DNA of 64,000 nucleotides from Thermoleophilia bacterium (GTDB lineage Bacteria; Actinomycetota; Thermoleophilia; Gaiellales; SKUG01): NCBI GenBank assembly GCA_039811765.1, contig JBDHZF010000001.1, positions 457 to 64,456 of the forward strand, read 5' to 3'. Shown piece by piece: positions 18,585 to 30,500 of this stretch (position 1 is its first letter; each line of letters starts with the position of its first letter). The notes under the pieces were generated by a model. It saw only the letters and a program-made list of their open reading frames with translations, ran no database searches and was not told where the DNA came from. The position numbers and the translations under genes were made by a program.

Positions 18585-21500
18585 GTGAGGCGCTTCGGGG
18601 GGATCACTGTGCGCACGCGAGCATCGCTCGCGATCGTCGCCGTGCTCGCAGCAGCTGCGTTCATCGCCGCTCCCACCGCAGCCGAAGCTGGCTCCAAGAA
18701 TCGCTCCACGGCGAAGAGCACGAAGCTCCCCACCTGGCTCTCCGACACGCTCGGCGATACTGCGTCCGCCGACGATTCGTCCCGATCCATTCGCGATGCC
18801 GACGCGTCGATTGGCCCGTTCCGAATCGCTCCGACGCTCAACCGCACGACCAAGCTGATGCGACCAGGCGGCTGGGTGGGCTGGCGAATGCTCGGCGCGC
18901 CAGCCGCTCCGGCAACGCTCCACGACAAGGGGGTCGTGTACCGAACCGGCTCGTACGATCTGGTGCAATACGTTCGTGGTTCGCGAATGCGCGAGGCAAT
19001 CGTCGTTCGCAAGCGCCAAGGCAACAAGGTGTGGCGCTGGCGGCTCTCGCAGAAGGGTCCCGGCGATCGCCCGCGCGTCGCCGCGACGGGCGAAGTGACG
19101 TGGGGCAACAACGCAGTGATCGAATCGCCGGCGCTGCACAAATTCAACGGCCGCAAGGTCCGCGACCTGCACTGGACGCTCAAGGGCGACGTGCTGTCGC
19201 TGCACTTGAACGATCGCAAGCTAAAGCTGCCGTACGTGATCGACCCGCCGGCCGGCCCGGACACGAAGGCGCCGGACGTGGTGTTCGACCACTTCACGGA
19301 GAACACGCCGCAGTACACCGAGATCGCGTCGACCGGCTCCACCCTCTACTACAACCCCGCGCAGCCGGGCTCGTTCGTCGTTTCGTACGTGGGCGTGGAC
19401 GATCTGAGCGGCATCGCCAAGGTCTCGTTCCCGAACCTCACGCCTGGTCCGGGCTGGAGCGCCGGCGGCGACGACACCACTGGCGCGTCGACGTCCGGCA
19501 ATGGCCTCAACGGCTCGTACCAGAACTACACCCCGTGCCCTGGCGCGTCGCCGGCGAGCGCGGCGTTCAGCGGCGTGGGCTACACGCGACTCGATCCCAC
19601 GATCAACTTCAACTGGGGAACCGGCGGCCCGGGCGCGCCGATCGCGAACAACTGCTTCACGGTGCGTTGGGTGGGCTACGTGGTGCCGCCGTCCACCGGC
19701 GCGTACCGCTTCCGAACGATCACCGACGACGGCATCCGCGTGTGGGTGGACGGCTACACGATGATCAACAATTGGACCGACCACTCGAGCACTACCGACA
19801 CGTCCGGCACGCTCACGCTGACCGCGGGCCAGCCGTATCCGATCGTCGTCGATTTCAACGAGAACGGCGGCGACGCGATCATGCGGCTGTTCTGGGACCT
19901 CCCCGGCGGCGCCACCACGTACGTGAACGTCCCGACGGCGAACCTCACGCCCGCGCTGAGCTACGACTGGACCTACTCGTGGAGCTCCGGCGCGGTGCAG
20001 CCGTCGCCCACGCCAGCGGTGACCGCCACCGACGTGACCGGAAACGTCTCCACCCCGAAGCAGTTCTCGGTGGTCGCGGATTCGACGATCCCAACCGGCG
20101 GCTCGATCGCATACGCCAGCTATCTCGGCTCGTCGACGTCCCAGACGATGACGATCGCGACTGGAACGGACGCCGCTTCCGGAGTGTCGAGCTGGCGGAT
20201 CGAACGGTCGTCGGCGACGTTGTCGGGCGGCGCGTGCACCGGCGCGTGGAGCACGTGGACCACCGTGTCGACGAACCCCACCGCTGGATCCGTCACCCTC
20301 GCCGGCCAGCCCGACCAGCAATGCCACCAGTACCGGCTCGTCGTGGTGGACGGCGTGGGCAACGAAGCGCCCTACACCGATTCCGACATCGTGCGCATCG
20401 ACGCGATCGCGCCGACGCTCGCCGGCGTGGACGATGGTCCCACGACCGGCGTGGACGTCGATTGGATCAACTCGGGCACCACGCTCGCGGCCACGTGGAG
20501 CGCGCCGACGGACGCCGCCAGCGGCGTGGCGACTCCGACCCGCTGGTGCTTGGCAACCACGATCAACGCCACCGGCTGCTCGGGCGGCATCGTGCTCGCG
20601 TACACCGGCGTGGGCGGCGCGACGAGCGGGACGTACTCGCCCGTCGCGTTCACCCAAGGCGCCACGTACTACGCGTGCGTGCGCGTGCAAGACAACGCGG
20701 GCAACCAGACGAACACCTGCTCGGACGGGGCGCGCTACGACTCGATCGCGCCGACCGCGCCATCCGTGAACGACGGCACGGGAGCAGACATCGACGTGCA
20801 AGCGTCGACCTCGACGCTGAACGCGAACTGGACTGCCGGGACGGACGCGGTCAGCGGCGTGGCGAGCCACGCGAGCTGCGTCACCACGAGCCCCACTGGC
20901 GCAGACTGCGCAGGCGGCGCCGTCGTGACGTGGACCACGCCGAGCGCGGCGACGACCGCGGCGCACACCGGCCTGTCGCTCGCCACGGGCACGACGTACT
21001 ACGTGTGCGTGCGCTCCACCGACAACGCCGGCAACACCGGCGTCGCAGGCTGCTCAGACGGCGTGCAGATCGACACGACCGGACCACTACCTCCCGCGTT
21101 CGTGTACGACATCGTCACGCCCTCGCCGCTCGACCAAGACTGGCAGGCCTCCTCCACCACGCTCGCGTCCACGTGGTCGACCACCACCGATCCGAGCGGC
21201 ATCCTTCGCTACGAGCTGTGCCTCACCTCCAGCAGCGTTGGCGCGGACTGCTCCGCCGGCGCGCTGCAGCCGTTCACGTCGACCGCGCTCGGAACGAACC
21301 TCACCGTGTCGAGCCTGTCGCTCGCCAACGGCTCGAAGTGGTTCGCGTGCGTGCGAGCCGTGGACACGCTCGGCAACGTCGGATCGGCGTCGTGTTCGGA
21401 CGGCGTCACAGTCGACGCCGCGGCGCCAACCACGGTGACGGTGAACGACGGCACGGCCGCCGACGTTACGTGGACGGCGACCGCGACCAGCTCGAGCGCG

Positions 21501-24500
21501 AATTGGTCGACCGCCACGGACGCGGCGGGAAGCGGCGTGACGGGGTACCGCTACTGCGTGAAGGGCATGGCCGGCGGAGCCGACTGCACGAGCGGCACGA
21601 TCTACTCCGGTCCGACCACCATCGCCGCAACGAACGCGACCGTCGCAAGCGGCCTGCCGCCCGCCGGCACGCAGCATCGCTTCTGCGTCGCGGCGGTCGA
21701 CGCCGTGGGCAATGTCGGCGCGTACTCCTGCTCCAACGGACAGACCGCCGACACCACGGCTCCGTCCGTGCCGACTGCCGTCGCGGATTCGCTCGCGGCC
21801 GACATCGACTGGCAATCGTCCACCACCACCGCGAACGCGAACTGGGGCGGCTCGACGGACGGCCAATCGGGCCTGCTCGGCTACTCCTACTGCATCTCCA
21901 CGAGCTCCTCCGGATCGGACTGCGCCGGTGCGGCCACCGCGCCCTGGACGGCGAACGGCGTGGCCACCACGTTCACGCGCGCAAGCCTGACATTGGTGAA
22001 CGGCACGACGTACTACGCATGCGTGCGCGCGCAGGACTCGGTGCTCAACAACAGCGCGTCGGCATGTTCCGACGGCGTGACAGTGGACTCCGGACCGCCG
22101 ACGTGGCCGGGCGGCTCGACCTCGGACGACGGAATCAGCCCGACTGACATCGACTGGGTGGCCAGCGCGAGCACGCTGTCCAGCTTCTGGAGCGCGGCAA
22201 CCGATTCGTCCGGCGTCGACCACTACGAGTTCTGCTTGTCCACCGCCACCAACTGCGGTGGAACCGTGGTCGTGAACTGGACGAGCACGGGCACGACCCG
22301 CGCGCAAACCACGGGATCGCTCGCGCTCGCAGAAGGCGCCACCTACTACTCGTGCGTGCGCGCGTACGACGCCGCCGCCAACCAGAGCGCGCAGCTGTGC
22401 TCCGACGGCCAGCGCGTCGACTCGATCCCTCCCGTCCTTCCGTCCGCGGTGAGCGACGGCACGGGCGCCGACATCGACTGGCTCATCTCGCTCAACACCG
22501 CGTCGGCGAACTGGCCCGGCGGATCGGACGCGACCTCGGGCATCGGCAACTGGGCGTATTGCGTCTCCACGGGCACGGCGTGCAGCGGCACGATCGTGAA
22601 GACGTGGACGAACTCGGGCGTCGCGACAACGATGACGAGCAGTGGCCTATCGCTCGTGGAGGGCCAGCTCTACTACGTGAGCGTCCGAGGCACGGACGTT
22701 GCGGGCAACACCACCCCGGGGTCGGTCAGCTCGAACGGCCAACGCGTCGACACGCAGTCGCCGCCCGCTCCGTCGATCGTCAGCGACGGGACCGGAGCCG
22801 ACATCTCCTACCAGTCCACCGACACGTCGATCAGCGCGAACTGGACTTCGGTCGTGGATCCGCCGCCCGGCGTCGGCGTCGCCTCCGGCCTGCAGCAATT
22901 CGAGTATTGCGTCACGACGACGACGAACGGCATCGACTGCGCCGGCGCTGCGACCGTCACGTGGACCACGCCCGCGCCAGCAACGTCCACGAGCGTGACG
23001 AAGACTGGCTTGATGCTGGCGAACGGAACCACCTACCACGTCTGCGTGCGAGCGAAAGACGTCGCCGGCAATGTCAGCATGGGTTTCCCGTCCTGCTCCA
23101 ACGGCGTGGTCATCGACATTGGCCCGCCGACGGCCAGCTGGACTTCGTGGACGGAAAACTCGGCAAACCTGTACTCCCCCGGCGGCAACGTGCTCTGGTA
23201 CAACCCAGCCGCGCCGGCCGCGGGCAGCGGCACCGCCACAGCCACGGTGACCGCCACCGACCCGGGCGCGGGCATGGACCACGTGGACTTCCCCGCCCTC
23301 GCGGCCGCGGGCTGGGGCGGCGGCGGCACGGACTCCAGCGTCGGTCCGTTGAACACGTGGACGTGGAACTACACGTTCACGGGCGGCGGCACGATCGGCG
23401 ATCCGGCGCTCAACCACGCGACGGCATATGACGCAGGCGGCGCGTTCACCGGCTCCCCGCAACTCGACTTCGACATTCGTCCGGACTCGGCCGCGCCGAC
23501 CGGCGGCACGATGGCGGCGCTGCCCGGAACGCTGCAGAAGACGACCACGCTCGTTCAGAGCGTGCCGCTCGGCTCGGACGCGGATTCCGGCGTGGCGCGT
23601 TGGGTGATGGACTACCAATTCGCACCACTGACCGACAACGTCTGCGGCGCCTGGGATCCGTGGGTGGACGGCAGCGCGACCACCGGCTACTTCGGAACCG
23701 CCGTCAACGGCACCACGCTATCGATCACCCACCACCTGAACGATCCCGACTTCAACGGCGTGGCCGACTACCACGACTCGTTCTGCTACCGCACGCAAGT
23801 GCACGTGTTCGACAACGTGGGCAACGAGCAACTGATCCCCGCGAACGGGCTGCAGAAGTTCGACTTCGGCGTGCCGGACGTGTCGTTCTCGACGCCGGCG
23901 AACGGCTCGGCGCAGAGCGGCACGTTCACGATCAGCGGCTCGACGGACGACGTGTGGGCCGGTGGCGGCGCGGAGTACGCGAACACCGGTTCCGGCATCC
24001 AACAGGTCGCGGTCACGTATCTGCTTCCGGACGGCCCCGACGCGGATTCGTTGCCGGACGCGTCCGGCAACGCATGCGCACCAATCACCGCGTTCACGGG
24101 CGCGTGGACGGCGCTCGTGTGGAACTGCTCGTGGAATACCTCCGCGTTGCCGGACGGCACGTACACCGTGAGCGCGCAGGCCACGGATCGAGCGGGCAAC
24201 GTCTCGACGATCGCGACTCGCACGTTCCTGCTCGACAACAACGCGCCCATCGCGGCATGGCACAGCTGGGACGACCACGCCAATTCGAACATCCACGCAG
24301 TCGGCAACGTCGCGTGGGTCAATCCGAACGCGTCGCCGAGCTCGTACGTGCTCGACGCGCGCGTGACGGCATACGACGCGGGCAGCGGCGTGGCCAGCGT
24401 CTCCTTCCCCGCGCTGGGCGCGGGCTGGTTGCCGGCGAGCACGACCGCCGCAACGTTTACGTCGCCCGTGCCGGCCACGAACGCGTACACGCTCTCGTAC

Positions 24501-27500
24501 ACGTTCACGAATCCCGCGTCGCTCGTCGCGTCGGGCGCGGTTTCCGCGACCGCGACCGACGGCGCCGGCAACCCGACGTCGATTCCGTTCGAGGTGCGAC
24601 TGGATGGCAACGCGCCGACGGGCGCCACGTCCACGTTGACCGCCGGCCGCCAATCCTCGCCCAACGTCATCGTCAACTTGGGCAGCGGCAGCGACGGCGC
24701 GCTCGAATCGGGCATCGCCGCGTGGACGCTCCGCTACGACACCGCGCCGCTCACGGGCGACACGTGCGGCTCGTTCACCGGTTCGTGGTCGGTTGCGACC
24801 ACGGGCTTCGGCTTGGCTCCGGCCACCTACTCCCACGACGTGACTGCGCTCGGTTCGAACTGCTACACCTACATGCTGCAGGTGGCGGACAACGTGGGCA
24901 ACGTCGGCGTGAGCGCCGCGTCCGCCGCCCGCCGCGTCGACCTCGCCAAGCCCACGGTCGCGATCACGTCGCCAGCGAGCGGAACGCCGCACACCGGAAC
25001 CTTCACGGTGTCCGGCGACGCGGTGGACGCGCACACCGGCATCGATCACGTCGCGCTCGCCTGGACCGGGCCGTCGTCGACCAGCGGCTCGATCTGCAAC
25101 CCCACGACCACGCTGACCGGAAGCGCGCCGAACTACTCCTTTGGCTGCAGCTGGAACACGTCCGCGCTTCCGGATGGCACGTACACGATCACCGCGACCT
25201 CCTACGACCTCGCCGGCAACGTGTCGAACACGCACTCGATCACCGCGATCCTCGACAACAACCCGCCGTCGGTCGGCTTCCACTCGTTCGTCGAATCCAC
25301 GCCGTACACGTATTGGGCCGGGCCGATCGGCACAAACCACGAGCTCTGGTACAACCCGAACGCGCCCGCCGGCAGCTACGCGTTCCAGGTCCTCGTGGAC
25401 GCGAGCGACCCAGGTGGCGTGAATCGCGTGGAGTTCGAGGGCGCAGGCACGGGCTGGACGCCGGGCGGCAGCGTCGGCACGCAGACCGTGGCCGTCGGAC
25501 CGGCAACGCGTTATGCACAGACGTACTCGTTCGACACGTCCGGAACGGTGGCCGATCCAGCGACGCTGCACGCGACCGCCTTCGACCCGGCGAACAACCC
25601 CGGCTCGACGACGTTCGAGCTCACACCAGACACCGCCGACCCCGCCGCGGGCTCGGTCGCCTACGCGAACGGCTTCGTCGGCTCGACCAGCGTCGTCGTG
25701 ACGCGAGCGAGCGGCGGCGACGGCACGGGCTCGGGCATCGCCGGATGGCAACTGCAGCGTGCCGATGGCACGTTGTCAGGCGCGAGCTGCACCGGGTGGG
25801 GCACGTACGCCACGATCGCGAGCGGCAGCGGCCAAACGACGGGAACGACGACTGACACAGTGAGCGATCCAGGATGCTTCCGCTACCAGATGGTCGTGAC
25901 CGACAACGTCGGACGCGTCGGCACGTTCACGAGCGCCAGCGAGGTAAAGGTCGACCTCGTTCCGCCGACCGGCAGCGTCGTGCTGAGCAAGGGCGCGAAC
26001 CCGCAGTTCCAGTATCTCGCCACGCCAACGCGGCTGTTCGTGAACACGAGCGCCGCGGGCTCGGGCGACTTCCACGTGGACGTGAACGCGAGCGCGGCGT
26101 CCGGGATCCTTGACGTGACGTTCCCGACGCTGGCGACGGGCTTCACCGGCGCGGGAACCGTGGCAGGTCCGGGAGCGAGCTTCCCACACGTGTACTCGTG
26201 GACCGCGTCGGCCGGCACGCCGACGACCCCGTCGAACGTGGTGGTTCGATCGAACAGCCTCGGCTCGCTGAACCTCCCGTTCGAGGTGATCGCGGACTCG
26301 ACGGCGCCCACCGCTGCGGCGCCAACGCACACGTCCGGATTCACCACCAGCACGAGCGTTGCCGTCTCCTACACGAACGGTACCGACGGCACGGGCTCGG
26401 GCATCGTCTCGCACCAGCTCGAGCGGGAGACGGGCGTGCTCTCCGGCGGCACATGCATGTGGAACAACGACTGGACCGCGTTCGGACCGCTGAACGGCCC
26501 TGCCACGCAGACCGATTCCACGCTGGTCACGGCAACGTGCTACCACTACCGCACGACGATGGTCGACAACGTCGGCAACGTCGGGCACTCGCCGTCGTCC
26601 ACGCCGATCATGGTGGACACGACGCCGCCGACCGGCGCGACGATCACGCTCGCCGAGGCCACCAATCCCACGCGGCAATATCTCGTCTCGGCGAACACGA
26701 TCTGGGTGGCCGCCGATCCCGGCGCCGCGTCGACCTTCACGGCCACGGTCAGCGCGACCGATCCCGAATCCGGAACCGGCGCGGCCGTGTTCCCGTCGCT
26801 CGGCTCGACGTTCACGTTGACGAGCACGGGTCCGAGCTCGGCGACGTACACGTGGAACAACACCGCGACGACGCCAGCGGTCGCGCCGACCGTGCTCGTG
26901 GCCAATGGATCCGGGCTGAGCACGTCGATCCCGTTCACGGTCACCGTGGATGGCGCGGCGCCGACCGGCGCGACGATCGACCAGGAGAACGGCTTCGTCA
27001 CCGACTTCCAAGTCGACACGACGTTCGCGGGCGGCGGCGACGGCGCGGGATCCGGCATCGCGTCGTGGCGCGTCGAGCGCCGCTCGGCGCCGTACTCGGT
27101 CGGCCCCGACACGTGCGGCACGTGGACCGCCTGGACCTCGCTCGGCACGCCGGCGAGCCCGCTCGCCGACACGGCCGTGGTGCAGCCGACCTGCTACCAG
27201 TACCGCATCGTCGAAGTGGACAACGTCGGCAACGTGGAGACTGTAAGCGACGGCGACACCGCCAAGGTGATCACCGACATCTTCCCGCCCGCCGCGTTCA
27301 ACCTGACACTGCCGACCAACCCGACGCTGCCGACGATCGACACGGGCGCGCCCGTCACCGCGTGCGAGACGGTCCCCGCCTACACCTCGTCCACCCCCTC
27401 GCTCTCGTGGACTGCTTCGAGCGACGCGGAGAGCGGCTTGCAGGGTTACGACGTGTATGTCGATGGCACGGGCACGCTCGACGCGAACGTGGCCGCTCCG

Positions 27501-30500
27501 GCCACCAGCTGGACGGCGCCGACGCTCGCCGACGGCGCGCACACGCTCGGGGTGCGGGCGCGCGACAACGAGTCGAACACCACCGACGCGGGTCCGGCGT
27601 TCCCCGCGAACTTCCGCGTCGACACGGCCGCGCCGACCGTGTCGCTCGCCGCGCCCGCGGCGGGAAGCTGGACCAGCGACACCACGCCGACGCTCGACTG
27701 GAACGCGTCGGACGCGAATTGCCTCGCGCGCATCGAAGTGTCGGTGGACGGTTCGGCGGTCGCTGTGGCGTCGGGCACCGAGGGCAGCTGGACCCCCACC
27801 GCGCCGCTCGCGATGGGCATGCACACGTGGTCGTTCACCGCATGGGATTCGGCAGGCAACTCGACCACCTCCGGCCCGCATGCGTTCGGGATCGACACCG
27901 TTCCACCGAACCCGTTCGCGATCACGTCTCCGTCCACTGGCACGACCGTGCGCGGCTTCATCGACGTCACGTGGAGCGTGGCGATCGACGCCGACAGCGG
28001 CCTCGCGCCCGCCACCGCCTACCAGGTGCTTCGCGACGGATCGGTCGTCGGCTCGTACGGCCCGGGCGCGACGAGCGCGCACGTCACCGGCATCACGGCC
28101 GGCGCCCACACGATCGTGGTGCGCGCGTTCGACGCGGTCGGCAACGCGACCGACACGTCGTCCATCTCGTTCACGGGCTATCCAGCGATCGCGCCGCCCA
28201 CGCTCGTGTCGCCGGCCGCGGGCGCCTTCCTGAACGTCGTGCCCACGCTCTCGTGGAACTGGACTCCGGACGGTGGCCCGGCGCCCACGTCGTACGAGGC
28301 GATGGTGGACGGTTCGAGCGCCGGCATCACGACGCACCCCACGTCGTCGCTGGCGATCGCCGATCCGGGCGACGGCAACCACACGTGGCTCGTGCGCCAG
28401 ACCGATCCGTACACAGGCGTGGTCACTAGTCTGTCGCGCACGTTCGTGCTCGATCGCACGCTGCCGATCAACCCTGGCCCGCTCACGCGCGTGGCGACCA
28501 CCATTTCGTGGCCCGCGCCGATCGATCTCGCGTCGCCGGTGGCGAGCGGCATCGACCATCAAGTGTTCTTCGTCGACGACGGAAGCACGACCACATCGGC
28601 GACGATCCCGGCGGGCGCGACGTCGCACAACTACGGACTGCTGCCGGACGGCACCTACACGATGTGGGTGCGCGCGGTGGACCGGGCCGGCAACACGACC
28701 GACTCGCCCACGATCACCGTCGTGAACGACTCGGCGCCGCCCACAGCGTTCACATTGACCGCTCCCGCGGCGCTCCCGGCCGCGCCCGCGATCACCAACG
28801 GATCCATGACCGATCCGTCGTGCATGTCCGACCCGACGTACGTGACTGGCACGCCGACGCTTTCGTGGAGCGCGTCGAGCGACGCGACGAGCGGACTCGC
28901 CAGCTACGACGTGTACGTGGACGGCACACTCGCCGCTTCGGTCGGCGCCGGCGTCACCAGCTGGACGCCGGCAACGGCCCTGAGCGGCGGTGCCCACACC
29001 TGGTACGTGGTCGCCAAGGACAACTTCGGGCTCACCACGCAGTCAACGCCGCATCCAATGAACGTGCGGGTCGACGGCGCGTCGCCCACCGTCGCCTATG
29101 CCGCGCCGGCCGCTGGCGCGTTCACGTCCGACACCACCCCGGCGTTCTCGTGGACCGCCGGCGACGATTCGTGCCTCGCCCGCGTCGAACTCACCGTCGG
29201 CTCGAACGTGTACATGCTCACCGGCAGCGCCTCCAGCTTCACCCCGTCCACAGTGCTGCCGGAAGGACCGACGACGTGGTCGCTGCGCGCGTTCGACAGC
29301 GCCGGCAACGTCGTGTCCTCGGGCGCTCCGCGCACGGTGAACATCGACACGACCGCGCCGACGAGCGTGACCGCCATCTTCCCCACCAACAGCGGTAGCG
29401 CGCCCGAGCAGATGATGACGTTCCAATGGAGCGCCGGCAGCGACGGAAGCGGCTCGGGCGTGGACCACTACGACCTGATCGTGGACGGCGCTTCGTCGGG
29501 AACGGGCATCACCGCGACCAGCCGCGGCACGTTCCCGATCTACGCCGGCGCGCACACGTGGGCCGTGCGCGCCTACGACGCAGTGGGCAACTCCGCGCTG
29601 TTCAACTTCTCGTTCACCGCGACGCCGGTCCCGGACACCACGCCACCCAACGCGTTCAACTTGTTGACGCCCGCGGACGGTTCGACGCTGCCGACCGGCG
29701 GCTCGCTCACGTGGGAGCCCGCATGGGACTTCAAGGGCGTGTCGCAGTACCGGGTGTTCATCGACGGCACGTTCACCGCGAGCACGTCGGCCTCGACCAC
29801 GAGCTTCACGCCGTCGACCGGTTCCGGCGCGCCGCTGTGCACCGCGGACTTCGACCCCGGCACGTCGTGCGGCGGGTACGTGGGCGCGCCGACGTTCTCG
29901 TACGGAACCCGAGCGACGACCACCGCGAGCGGCCTCGCCTCGTACGCCCCGTGGAACAACATGTCCTACTCGGGCTGGTCGGCGAGCGGCGGCGCGATCG
30001 GCGTTGGCGATCCCACCGTGACGCCTCGGACCAGCGCAGCCGCCGGATACGATGGCAACCGCGCATGGACCGCGATGGAGTACTCGGTGACGGTCCCTGC
30101 CACGGGCGCCGACTTGCGCTTCCAGCATCGCTACGACTTCCACGCCAACGGCGAGTCCGGCTATGACGGAGGCGCGGTGGAAATCATGGTCGACAAGCTG
30201 AACGACGGTTTCGCCAACGACACGTGGGAAGGCACGTGCGTCAAGGGAACGAAGTCGATCAACGGCGTCACGCTCGACTGCAAGTACGACATCATGGCCA
30301 CCGACGGCGGCTTCAACGCCGCGATGGGCGGCTCCTCGAAGAACGAGCATCCGCTCGCCGCCGAAGCGGCGTTCTCGGGCAACTCCAACGGAATCGTGCA
30401 GTCGCGCATGAGCCTCGCCGACTTCGCCGGCAAGACGATCAAAGTGCGCTTCAAGATCGGCATGGACGGTTGCTACACCGGCATCACCGGATCGGCGAAG

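Noticed and set aside
18597-18602. A G6 homopolymer near the giant-gene start, considered as a phase-variation tract.
   Set aside because: It is too short for efficient slippage. It is more simply explained as the SD (GGGGGGA) for the GTG at 18609.
19221-28997. Several long antisense ORFs inside the giant gene (for example 19221..20966, 21087..22307, 23718..25751 and 25776..28997).
   Set aside because: They are produced by the G/C third-position bias of the giant ORF. Their translations are Arg/Gly/Asp-rich with no repeat logic, unlike the sense frame.
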